A DNA stretch of 64,000 bases from Bacteroidaceae bacterium (GTDB lineage: Bacteria; Bacteroidota; Bacteroidia; Bacteroidales; Bacteroidaceae), in assembly GCA_900770655.1 (NCBI GenBank), contig CAAGLA010000034.1, positions 84,351 through 148,350 on the forward strand. Reading direction: 5' to 3'. Under the pieces are notes generated by a model. That model saw only the letters and a list, made by a program, of their open reading frames with translations, did not search any database and had not been told where the DNA came from. Made by a program: the position numbers and the translations under genes. Shown one piece after another: positions 7,596-16,117 of this stretch (its first letter is position 1; each line of letters starts with the position of its first letter).

Positions 7596-9482
7596 TTAAT
7601 TGGCTCCCTTTTCAATTTCTTCTTCAACAAGATGTATTTTCTGCAATATAACCTGAGCGTCCTGTTTCAGTTTCTCTACCTTCTGGCGCATTACATCTAC
7701 GAGGCTTGCACCCTTCTTGTTCGATACGCTGAGGAAACCAATATTGTTCTCGTATGTAGAGATTTCGCTCTTCATTGATTCGTACTGGCGTATAAGGTGC
7801 TCTCTTTCACGCTGCAGGCTGTTGCCTCCCTTGCCTATATTGTTTTTGAAACTATTGAGCTTGCGTTCGTTGGAACTTATGTGAAGTTCCTCGTAGCGGG
7901 CATTTGTAGCCTCTCTGTACTCCTTGTATACCTTGTCTTTATCCTTGAAAGGAACAAAGCCTATGTTGTTCCACTCCTGCGCAAGTGCCTGCAAATGCTT
8001 AACCTGTTCGGCAGAGCCAAGTGCCGGGTCTATGGCTTTTATCTTCTCAATGACTTCGCGTTTAAGCCTAAGGTTCTCCTGCTCTATGCTGCGTTGGCTC
8101 GAAGTCGCTGCATTGCGCCTTTCGAAGAATGTGTCGCAAGCACCTACAAAACGCTTCCACAACGCTTCGGAGTGCTTTTGAGCAACAGGACCTACCTCTT
8201 TCCACTCTTTCTGTAGCTTTGTGAGTTTGTCGGCAGTACCCTTCCAGTCGTCACTATCCTTAAGCAGCTCGGCAGCTTCGCACAGCTCTTTCTTGCGCTC
8301 GAGGTTCTTGGCCAGTGTGTTCTTTGTCTCTTTGAAGAAGTCGCTCTTCTGCTTGAAGAAGTTGTCACAGGCCGCGCGGAAACGTTCAAAAATCTTCACG
8401 TTCATTTTCTGTGGTGCATAGCCAATCTCTTTCCATTGTGACTGAAGGTCTAGAACCTGCTGTGTTGCATTGTTCCAAGCTTGGTACGTGGTTATAGTAC
8501 CGAAGTCTATTTTCTCAATCTCTTCGCATATCGCGGTCTTTTTGTCGAGATTCTCTTTTTCCTTCTGTTTCTTAGCCTCGAAATGCTCCTGATGTCTGCG
8601 GTTTATGTTGGTAGATGCACTTTTGAATCTTGTCCAAATTTCCTCTCTCAGTTCCGGTGCAACTGGGCCAGTCTCGCGGAATTCATTATGTAGCTGTTGC
8701 AACTGGCGGAAGGCATTGAGTACATCCTCTTCTCTCTCCAAAGCCTCTGCAGTTTCGCAGATTCTTGTCTTTATCTCGAGATTTTTCTTGAAGTCATATT
8801 CGCGGAACTCGCTGTTTATGTTCAGCAGGTCGTAGAATTGTTCAACAAGGAAATGGTACTGTTTCCATAGCGCTGTTACCTTGTCTTGTGGTACGTTCTT
8901 TATCTCCTTCCACTGTGTTTGCAGCGCTTTGAATTCGTTTACTTCGGGAGTGCCTTGTCCCGCTTTTTCTACAAGTGTCTGAATTTGCTGCAGCAGTTGC
9001 TCCTTTTTCTCGTAGTTGCTTTTCAGTTCTTCCTCTTGTGCTGCTATCCACGCGGCACGCTTCTCCTTAATAATGTTCATATATTCCTTAAAGGGAGCCT
9101 CCAACTCGTCTTCTTGAGGAATAAAAAGGGCCTCTTCGCCGCCTTCTGCAACAAACTCTTTCATTGCACTCTCTATTTCCATTGTGCGCAGGCGGTAGAA
9201 CTGCACTTTAAGCAATTCAACTTCCGATTTGCGGTTAAGCGCATCTTCGCTCTCTGCAATCTCTTTTAGACGGGTGATAATCTCCCGGCGTGTTGCAGGC
9301 TTGGCAATTTCACTTGCCTCCTCAACTTCGGAGGCCTCTTCTGTTTCTGCTTGTGGAGCCTCCTCTTCAATGCTGTTCTGCTCAATCTGTTCAATCGTAG
9401 TGGCGTCTGCAGCCTCTTCAGGAGTACTCGCGATGTTCAGTTCTTCTAACTGTGCATCGAGTTTTTTAGTTTCACTCATCAT
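7596..9482 (-). CDS. DUF349 domain-containing protein
   Basis: 628 aa with an acidic N-terminus, followed by repeated ~75-aa helical units. Each unit has the DUF349 signature (e.g. KKELCEAAELLKDSDDWKGTADKLTKLQKEWKEVGPVAQKHSEALWKRFVGACDTFF). Confidence 0.85.
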   Translation of the reverse strand: MMSETKKLDAQLEELNIASTPEEAADATTIEQIEQNSIEEEAPQAETEEASEVEEASEIAKPATRREIITRLKEIAESEDALNRKSEVELLKVQFYRLRTMEIESAMKEFVAEGGEEALFIPQEDELEAPFKEYMNIIKEKRAAWIAAQEEELKSNYEKKEQLLQQIQTLVEKAGQGTPEVNEFKALQTQWKEIKNVPQDKVTALWKQYHFLVEQFYDLLNINSEFREYDFKKNLEIKTRICETAEALEREEDVLNAFRQLQQLHNEFRETGPVAPELREEIWTRFKSASTNINRRHQEHFEAKKQKEKENLDKKTAICEEIEKIDFGTITTYQAWNNATQQVLDLQSQWKEIGYAPQKMNVKIFERFRAACDNFFKQKSDFFKETKNTLAKNLERKKELCEAAELLKDSDDWKGTADKLTKLQKEWKEVGPVAQKHSEALWKRFVGACDTFFERRNAATSSQRSIEQENLRLKREVIEKIKAIDPALGSAEQVKHLQALAQEWNNIGFVPFKDKDKVYKEYREATNARYEELHISSNERKLNSFKNNIGKGGNSLQREREHLIRQYESMKSEISTYENNIGFLSVSNKKGASLVDVMRQKVEKLKQDAQVILQKIHLVEEEIEKGAN

Positions 9483-9676
9483 TTAAATTATTAAAGGTTT
9501 TATGGGGCGTTGAGTTTCTGCATAGGTGTTTAATGCGTTGTGCTGAAACTCTCTGCAATAGAATGCGAATATAAAAATAAAAATCGATTATAATGCAAAT
9601 AGTTGCTAAAGTTTTTACTCAACCAGCTTTTATTTCTTTTTTTAGCTCTGTTGTACCGGTATTTATAAAACAGAAA

Positions 9677-9702
9677 CAGCAGAACGGTTAACCGTTCTGC
9701 TG
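9677..9702 (-). terminator. Rho-independent terminator downstream of the T9SS cargo gene
   Basis: Perfect palindrome CAGCAGAACGGTTAACCGTTCTGCTG, 24 nt after the minus-strand stop (9726). On the minus strand it is followed by TTTCTGTTTTAT. Confidence 0.7.
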
Positions 9703-9725
9703 TCAATGGTAATTAATATCTTATG

Positions 9726-11774
9726 TTACTTTACAAATACCTTTTCGCCGTTTATTATGTAAAGGCCACAAGGAAGTCTGTTTAGGATATCTGCGTCTGT
9801 TGTTTCAAACAGTTTTACTCCGGTAGCATTGTAGACTGTCCAACAGTTGTCATCCTTTGCAATAATCTCCTCAATTCCTGTATCTTCGTTCTTTACGGTG
9901 AAAGAGAGTTTGCAGGCTGCAAGGTCTTTGCCGTTTGCATCTACGAAATATCCTTCGGGCACTTCTAGTATGTAGTTGCCGTTTTCTCTGATAGGCTCTA
10001 TAGCCTTAATGGCTGCCTGATACATAGTAGTTACTCCATCTTCGTGCTTTGTAGAGTACTCAACCGGAATCTCAACGTTTGTCAGTTCATTGTATAGTCT
10101 TGGCAGAATCTCTTGATTTTCTGTCTTGTTCACATAGTAGCTGAATGTGAAGACAACAGATGTCAGTTCTTCTACTGTAGAACCGTTTGCGGGGCTGGTT
10201 TCTGTAATTGTTGCAGCCGGTGCATAGCCCACTATGTTATATTTCACAAGTGTACGTACACCATATTTTGTCGGAACAGGAATAGACATATCCATAACGC
10301 CGGGGCATAGTATGATATCGCCGGCAGAAATGTTTATATTAAGTTCCATATTGTTATATGTGGTAATGGGCTTTGCGGCAGTCATTGTGAGAGTCTTGCT
10401 GTCGGTCTGTGTTACAGTAAACTCTGTAGATACGTCTGTGGCTGTAATCTTCAGGTCGCTTGTTGCAGCAATTCCCTCTTCGCAGGCAATGGTAATTGTT
10501 TCCAGCTTGTCGAAAGAACTGCCGCCTGCCGGTGCAATTGTGAATGTGGGATATTCGCGTTGTACATAGAGTTTGGGAAGGATATGGTTCTCTGTGACTT
10601 TGTCGGCAGTGTAGCAGCCGTAAGTCTTGTGTTCGGTAGAGTAGTGTATGGTGTATCCGTCGCAAGATATTGATGCGTTGTCTTCGCCATCTATTGCTAT
10701 GCTCCACACAGCGCCTTCTGCCGGCATATCCTTTTCGAAGTTGAAATTGTTGTATGTTCCCTTGTGGTACATATATTTGCCATCGCAGTCCTGTATTGTA
10801 TAGCCACCCTCAACTGCTGTAAAGGTGAAACCGGCACATTCAACGGTTTCTATGTACTTGCCGTTAATGTCGTTGGCTGTTTTTGTTGGTAGATAACCGA
10901 AGCCTTTCTTCTCATAGAAGCAGGTTGCAGCACTGTCGGCTGCTACAATAGCATAATTCTTGCCCGAAACTATAGATGTAGCAGGCAAATAGGGCATTGT
11001 AGGTGAAACTATGTAGGTCTCTTCGGCAATACCGCTCTTGAATACAGCATCGCCATCGGTCTTTACAGCCATTACTTTAATGGTGGTAGTAGCGGTCAAA
11101 TCGAAGTACATTACCCAATATTTACTGCACTTTGTTGTTCCTGCATTGTTTATGTAGTCTTCATAGCTGGGGGCTGTTCCGTCGAGAGTGTAGTAGAGAA
11201 CCGCTGTCTCGTCTGTAGTCTCTGCTGTTACGCGAACCTTGTCGGCGTATATTGCCAGCGGTGTCTTGAATTCGGGTGTGGGGACTACAACTGTTCCGGC
11301 GGCAGGGGTGTATTCAATGGTAATGGACTTTACATAGTAGGCACGTTGTGTAGCCTCCCATTTTATTGCAATGTCGCCCTTTGTATCTTCGCAGTCGAAT
11401 GTGTATGCGGCATCGCTTGTTGTCGGTGTGTACGCTTCCGATGTCTGGTCGCCCACAGAGATTGTCATCTTGGCATCTCCGCTTGCAGCAATGCTTGTGT
11501 TTACTGTAATGCTTCTGATAGTGCACTCGGCAAACGCCTTTGTGCTCAATGTGTAGAGCGGGTTTACTTCGGCCTTTTTTCCAATCTGTATACCTTTATC
11601 GGTACTCCACCCAATATATGTCGATGATGACGCGCTCCATTCAACATCGCTTAGTGTAACATTGCCGCCTTCTGTAGTAAGTTCACCGCTTTTGAATGTG
11701 TGGGTGTAAGTTTCGGCGTTTGCCTGCAAGATTACTGTTGCCAGACAAAATAGTGTGAGTAAAATTTTCTTCAT
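9726..11774 (-). CDS. Secreted protein with a T9SS type-A C-terminal sorting domain (cargo of unknown function)
   Basis: Signal peptide MKKILLTLFCLATVILQANA (ATG 11774; the track start 11810 is a TTG). The C-terminus ...CWTVYNATGVKLFETTDADILNRLPCGLYIINGEKVFVK matches the Por_Secre_tail pattern. An internal segment (VLYYTLDGTAPSYEDY) resembles the chitobiase/hexosaminidase C-terminal (FN3-associated) domain. Confidence 0.8.
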   Translation of the reverse strand: MKKILLTLFCLATVILQANAETYTHTFKSGELTTEGGNVTLSDVEWSASSSTYIGWSTDKGIQIGKKAEVNPLYTLSTKAFAECTIRSITVNTSIAASGDAKMTISVGDQTSEAYTPTTSDAAYTFDCEDTKGDIAIKWEATQRAYYVKSITIEYTPAAGTVVVPTPEFKTPLAIYADKVRVTAETTDETAVLYYTLDGTAPSYEDYINNAGTTKCSKYWVMYFDLTATTTIKVMAVKTDGDAVFKSGIAEETYIVSPTMPYLPATSIVSGKNYAIVAADSAATCFYEKKGFGYLPTKTANDINGKYIETVECAGFTFTAVEGGYTIQDCDGKYMYHKGTYNNFNFEKDMPAEGAVWSIAIDGEDNASISCDGYTIHYSTEHKTYGCYTADKVTENHILPKLYVQREYPTFTIAPAGGSSFDKLETITIACEEGIAATSDLKITATDVSTEFTVTQTDSKTLTMTAAKPITTYNNMELNINISAGDIILCPGVMDMSIPVPTKYGVRTLVKYNIVGYAPAATITETSPANGSTVEELTSVVFTFSYYVNKTENQEILPRLYNELTNVEIPVEYSTKHEDGVTTMYQAAIKAIEPIRENGNYILEVPEGYFVDANGKDLAACKLSFTVKNEDTGIEEIIAKDDNCWTVYNATGVKLFETTDADILNRLPCGLYIINGEKVFVK

Positions 11775-11797
11775 AAATAATGTGTTTATAATTTTCG

Positions 11798-11805
11798 CAA
11801 AAGTA
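11798..11805 (-). promoter_or_regulatory. Candidate -7 promoter box (TACTTTTG on the minus strand) for the T9SS cargo gene
   Basis: The + strand reads CAAAAGTA, so the minus strand reads TACTTTTG, 24 nt upstream of ATG 11774. Confidence 0.45.
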
Positions 11806-11861
11806 GCCAAAAACTTTTTGCTACTTTGTTTGTTTTCGGTTAAATGTTGTTTTTTAATATG

Positions 11862-12365
11862 TTAATTGTCTCCGAAAGACTTAACACCTGTTACTGCGTC
11901 TTTAATCTTTCCAATGAAACGCACAGCATCGCGGTCGGCGCCTATCACTTCGCCTAATCTGGTTCCGTCGCTAGATAGTATAAGGTAAGTGGGGTATATG
12001 TCTATATTGTATCTTTCTGCTACAGCCACACCTTCTCCCTCTTCCATATCTAACATTATAGATACAAATGCATTATTCAGGTATTCTCCGCATACTTCAA
12101 GCGGAAAAACCCTGTCAATCATCATTTTACACGGTGCGCAAGTTTTTGTATAACAATCTATAAATACGAGTTTTCCTTCTCTTTGGGCAGTCTCAAACGC
12201 TTCTTGCAGTGTCAGTTCTCTGAACCAAGTACCTTTATGTTCGGGTTGAGGCGCAGTTGTCTCTGCAGTTGCCTCCGTTGTTTGTCCTGCTGTTGTTTTG
12301 CTTGCACAAGAGATAAACAAAATTGCTGTCCACAATAATACCGTAAATCCTTTTTTCATTTCCAA
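11862..12365 (-). CDS. Thioredoxin-fold lipoprotein (CxxC = CAPC)
   Basis: Signal/lipobox LFISC|A. The thioredoxin-like core has DCYTKTCAPCKMM. 167 aa. It is the last gene of the SusC/SusD-linked run. Confidence 0.8.
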   Translation of the reverse strand: MEMKKGFTVLLWTAILFISCASKTTAGQTTEATAETTAPQPEHKGTWFRELTLQEAFETAQREGKLVFIDCYTKTCAPCKMMIDRVFPLEVCGEYLNNAFVSIMLDMEEGEGVAVAERYNIDIYPTYLILSSDGTRLGEVIGADRDAVRFIGKIKDAVTGVKSFGDN

Positions 12366-12378
12366 TACTCCTTTTCCT

Positions 12379-13479
12379 CTATTCTATTATTGTATTTGTT
12401 ATTACCTCTTCCAGCCCTCCACCGGGAGGCGGTGCGTATGCTGTCACTATATTTCCTTCTTTATCAATGACTATGTAACGCGGAACGCCTGAGATGTGGT
12501 AGATAGACTCAAACGGTGACTCCTCTTCGCAGTCGGGGAACAGGTTGGGCATAATATTTAGCCCGCGTCTCTCTATTACTCTCTTCCACTGTTCTTTAAC
12601 GTTGCTGCGGTCTATGGATACTGTTATAAAAACAATATCGTCGTTTCCGCTATAGCTGTTCTTTAGTTCTATAAATGCCGGAAATTTCTTTAAACAGCTG
12701 CTGCACCAAGTTGCCCATACATCAATTACAAGAATCTTTCCCCTGTATTCGGCAAAGGTGTGTTCTATGCCGGCAGTGTCTTTGAGTATAGGCAGAGGAG
12801 CCTGTTTCCCCGGCATTATATTTTCGTATACTTCGAAGAGGGAAAGCACTTCGCGTTTTACCTCGCACTCTTTGACATTGCTCTCTATGACAGGGTACAG
12901 TTGTGCAAAGCCATCGGAAAATCCGCTGTTTGTAATGGGGAATTTCATCTTCTCTAAAAAGACCTTGTGCAAAGTGTCGTTGCTGCAGGCAAAAACGGCG
13001 TGCAGTTTGCTGTAGTCATTTTCGTTCAGCGCTCTTATTGGGTAGAATACTGTTGCTGTCAGCCCATCTCTCGACTCTTCGAAACTGCTTCCTTGTTTCA
13101 TCCAATAGAGGGTGAAGTAGTGGTCTGTGAAACGTTCTATGCCGTGCTCAATCATAAATTCCGCAACCACGGGGTTGTCGAGCTGCAGCTCTTCTGCATA
13201 AGGCGGCAGTTGGGCTATATCTTCATTGCCCCCGCGACAACTGAACATATATTCACCGCAACTCCAAATATAGTTACACATATTCAGAATGGCAGCCTCG
13301 CTATTATCGTCTATGTTTTGTCGGGCGCTGTTGAATGTTTCAACTATTTCTCCGGCTGTCTGAAACTCCTTGCTCCATAGGCTGTCTATGCTTGCCGGCG
13401 TTTGGCAGGAAAGTGTTATTAGTGCAAGCAGAATGGTTGGCATATATAACTTTTTTGTATCTTTTCTTCTCACTATCAA
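12379..13479 (-). CDS. TlpA-family thiol:disulfide oxidoreductase lipoprotein with an ~220-aa N-terminal domain of unknown function
   Basis: Lipobox LITLSC|Q. The C-terminal AhpC/TSA-Redoxin-type domain has ILVIDVWATWCSSCLKKFP. The TTG start at 13479 overlaps the upstream stop (TTGA); the alternative is ATG 13443. Confidence 0.8.
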   Translation of the reverse strand: MIVRRKDTKKLYMPTILLALITLSCQTPASIDSLWSKEFQTAGEIVETFNSARQNIDDNSEAAILNMCNYIWSCGEYMFSCRGGNEDIAQLPPYAEELQLDNPVVAEFMIEHGIERFTDHYFTLYWMKQGSSFEESRDGLTATVFYPIRALNENDYSKLHAVFACSNDTLHKVFLEKMKFPITNSGFSDGFAQLYPVIESNVKECEVKREVLSLFEVYENIMPGKQAPLPILKDTAGIEHTFAEYRGKILVIDVWATWCSSCLKKFPAFIELKNSYSGNDDIVFITVSIDRSNVKEQWKRVIERRGLNIMPNLFPDCEEESPFESIYHISGVPRYIVIDKEGNIVTAYAPPPGGGLEEVITNTIIE

Positions 13480-14519
13480 TCATTCTCTTGTTTTCCACGT
13501 GCAAAGCCTACAAGGTCAATGCCATAATTGTCTAGCATATAGTCTACTACAATATCATACTTCTCTTTTATCATAGGGTACTTGCTCGAAGGGTAACGTG
13601 TATCAAACTCTTCGGGTGTGAGCCATATTGCATTCTTGATATATGTAGTAAAGAGGTTGTAGTTGGCGTGTTTGCCTTTCTCCCAGTAATAACAACTGGT
13701 CTCGTTTGCGTACGGGGGTGTCCACACTTGCTGTAATCTTCCTGTACCGAAGTTGTCGTTTATCATATCTATAAACCCCAGCTTGTATTTGTAGTTACTC
13801 TTGCTTGGGTCTACGTGGTTCATTTTCAGCCCTTCGGAAAAGTCAAAGCCGGTCCAGAACTCATCGGGTGAATCAATATTGCCTTTTTCAATAGAGTTGT
13901 ATATGAGCTGCATAATAAATATGCAACGCTGCTGCTTTAAAGAATATTCGGCACTGCTGCCCATAATGACTTCATCCTTAAAACTTATGGCCCAATTGTC
14001 GAAGTTACCCAGTTTAATTGATTTGAATGGGTCGGTATCGGTTCCTACACCGCTGTTCTCTCCTTCCTCTTCATCGCCGAAAATACGTGGCTCTGTACGA
14101 AGATTATGTATCATATATATCTTAACCGGGAAAGTCGAGTGTGCAAATTCCTTGCTGATGTTTGGGAAAATGTAACTATAGAAATAGTCTACATAGAACG
14201 GCAGGTGTTCCTCTGGCAGATTCCACGCTCCATCTTCTCTCTCGCTTTCGTAGCCGGCAACGTAAAGGTCGCCTGTGCCGGCCGAAACCCAGTCACGGTT
14301 TAGGTCCTCTTCGGTTATATCCTTATATAACAGGTATACGCCATATTCGTTTTTAATTTCGTTTATCAGCGTGTCGTACTTGGTGTCACCTTGTGGAAAA
14401 CCGCCACGTATGGGGGAATAGTTGCCGGAAGGAGTTATGTTTTCTTCGCTGTCGCTACAGGCGGCAAAAAGCATAATGCCTGCCAATATCAGAAATGTAT
14501 TATGAACTATATTTTTCAT
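13476..14519 (-). CDS. Lipoprotein of unknown function (third gene of the SusC/SusD operon)
   Basis: ATG 14519 gives MKNIVHNTFLILAGIMLFAAC|SD, a classic lipoprotein signal. It starts 20 nt after the SusD-like stop. I recognise no HExxH or other catalytic motif. Confidence 0.8.
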   Translation of the reverse strand: MKNIVHNTFLILAGIMLFAACSDSEENITPSGNYSPIRGGFPQGDTKYDTLINEIKNEYGVYLLYKDITEEDLNRDWVSAGTGDLYVAGYESEREDGAWNLPEEHLPFYVDYFYSYIFPNISKEFAHSTFPVKIYMIHNLRTEPRIFGDEEEGENSGVGTDTDPFKSIKLGNFDNWAISFKDEVIMGSSAEYSLKQQRCIFIMQLIYNSIEKGNIDSPDEFWTGFDFSEGLKMNHVDPSKSNYKYKLGFIDMINDNFGTGRLQQVWTPPYANETSCYYWEKGKHANYNLFTTYIKNAIWLTPEEFDTRYPSSKYPMIKEKYDIVVDYMLDNYGIDLVGFARGKQEND

Positions 14520-14538
14520 ATTTTTTTGTTTCTTGGGT

Positions 14539-16104
14539 TTATTGAACAATAGGCATACGTTTACTCGGCAATTCGTTTTGTTCGAGTCTGGAATTCATTT
14601 CCAAAGCTTCGTCGGGAATGGGCACGGTGTAGAGCAAATCTGTCTCTTCAAGACGATATGTGACGCTCTCATCGGGTGCTGTGTGCCAAGTGTGTGTAAT
14701 TGTGGGCATTCCCCAACGGCGAAGGTCGAACCAACGGTGACCTTCGAAACATAGTTCACGACGACGCTCCTCACGAACGAACTCAATAAGTTCCTCTTGA
14801 CTTGTAAACTCCTCTTCTTCAAAATCTTCCGGGTCGAAACGTTTCTCGCGCAGTGTATTGAGTGCTGCTGTTGCCTCTGCAATACCCTCGCCTCCCATCA
14901 TTGCTTTAGCCTCGGCGTAATTAAGGTATGCTTCGGAAAGACGCAGACAACGTCCGAATATGCCTACTGCGTTTTGTGGCAGGTAGTATGTAGTACCAAC
15001 ATTTACCTTTCCGAAAGGCATATACATAAGTTCTCCGTTGGAGTTGCCTGTCGGGGCCTGTACTATATATCGGCTCAGGCGCAGGTCGTAGTCGAGATAG
15101 GTGTTGAGCAAATCTTGTGATGCCTGAAAATATGCGTGCATCTTGTTGCCTGTTACAGTATTTACTGAATTGGCACCAGTATATGTCCACTCAAACATAT
15201 CTTCGACATTCCCGTATGGCCAAATAGTCTCGCTCGATTTGTATGTCGGGAATACATAGTAGTTGCGGATAATTTTCCCCTCGCTATCGTGTCCGTGGAG
15301 AAGGACACTGTTTAGGTCGAGAAGCGAAAATCGGTCGTTATCCATAACAAGTCGGGCATATTCGGCTGCCTTGTCCCAATTTTCCATATAAAGGTATGTT
15401 CGGGAGAGCATAAGCTGTACCATTGGCAGGCTTGTACGGTAGTTGTCGCTCCATTGCTCGCTTTCCGGGAGTGATAGATAAGTCTCTTCGGCTGTGTGAA
15501 GGTCCTGAAGTATCTGTTCATACACCTCGCCCACTGTGCTGCGTTTAAGATAATCGTCGCTCTCTTCTATGCCGCTATTCAGCTTAAGCGGCACGCCAAG
15601 AGCTTCGGGGTCGCTGTTGTAGGGCTTGCCGAATATATTCACAAGGTTAAAGTAATAGAAACCTCTAAGAGCGTATGCCTGTGCCTTTACCTTGTTTACA
15701 TTATCCTCTGTATCGTTGACATCGGGTATGTAGTCCAGAACAGCATTGGCTCCGAGAATAACTTCGTAGTAGCTCTCATATAAATTAATGTGTCCGGCTC
15801 CTGCCTCTCCCATCATCTTGAACATATCGGGTTGCCAAGTGAAACTTGCAAAGAGCAGGTTCTCGTCGAATCCCTCCATCGGTGTCTGGTAGGGAGCGGC
15901 TTCAATATCATCATCGAGCAGTCCCAAGAATATGTTGAATCCCTCCATATCGTTGCGCTGGTATGCCTCGCCCAACAGAAGCTCGTTTAGCGATGTGGCA
16001 TCTTCGGGAACAAACTCACTTTCCGAATTCGGTTCTAGAAAATCGTTGCACGATAGCAGTGAGAGAACCGATATAGTTGCTAAAATATTATATATCATTT
16101 TCAT
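14539..16104 (-). CDS. RagB/SusD-family nutrient-uptake outer-membrane lipoprotein
   Basis: ATG 16104 gives MKMIYNILATISVLSLLSC|N (lipobox). ~520 aa, helical/TPR-like, located 14 nt downstream of a SusC-like gene. Segments such as AYALRGFYYFNLVNIFG and RRRELCFEGHRWFDLRRW are typical SusD-family signatures. Confidence 0.9.
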   Translation of the reverse strand: MKMIYNILATISVLSLLSCNDFLEPNSESEFVPEDATSLNELLLGEAYQRNDMEGFNIFLGLLDDDIEAAPYQTPMEGFDENLLFASFTWQPDMFKMMGEAGAGHINLYESYYEVILGANAVLDYIPDVNDTEDNVNKVKAQAYALRGFYYFNLVNIFGKPYNSDPEALGVPLKLNSGIEESDDYLKRSTVGEVYEQILQDLHTAEETYLSLPESEQWSDNYRTSLPMVQLMLSRTYLYMENWDKAAEYARLVMDNDRFSLLDLNSVLLHGHDSEGKIIRNYYVFPTYKSSETIWPYGNVEDMFEWTYTGANSVNTVTGNKMHAYFQASQDLLNTYLDYDLRLSRYIVQAPTGNSNGELMYMPFGKVNVGTTYYLPQNAVGIFGRCLRLSEAYLNYAEAKAMMGGEGIAEATAALNTLREKRFDPEDFEEEEFTSQEELIEFVREERRRELCFEGHRWFDLRRWGMPTITHTWHTAPDESVTYRLEETDLLYTVPIPDEALEMNSRLEQNELPSKRMPIVQ

Positions 16105-16117
16105 AGCCTTGTCTTTT

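Noticed and set aside
7476-7778. 100-aa + ORF after secG
   Set aside because: It begins inside the secG terminator hairpin, crosses a second terminator hairpin and runs antisense into the DUF349 gene.
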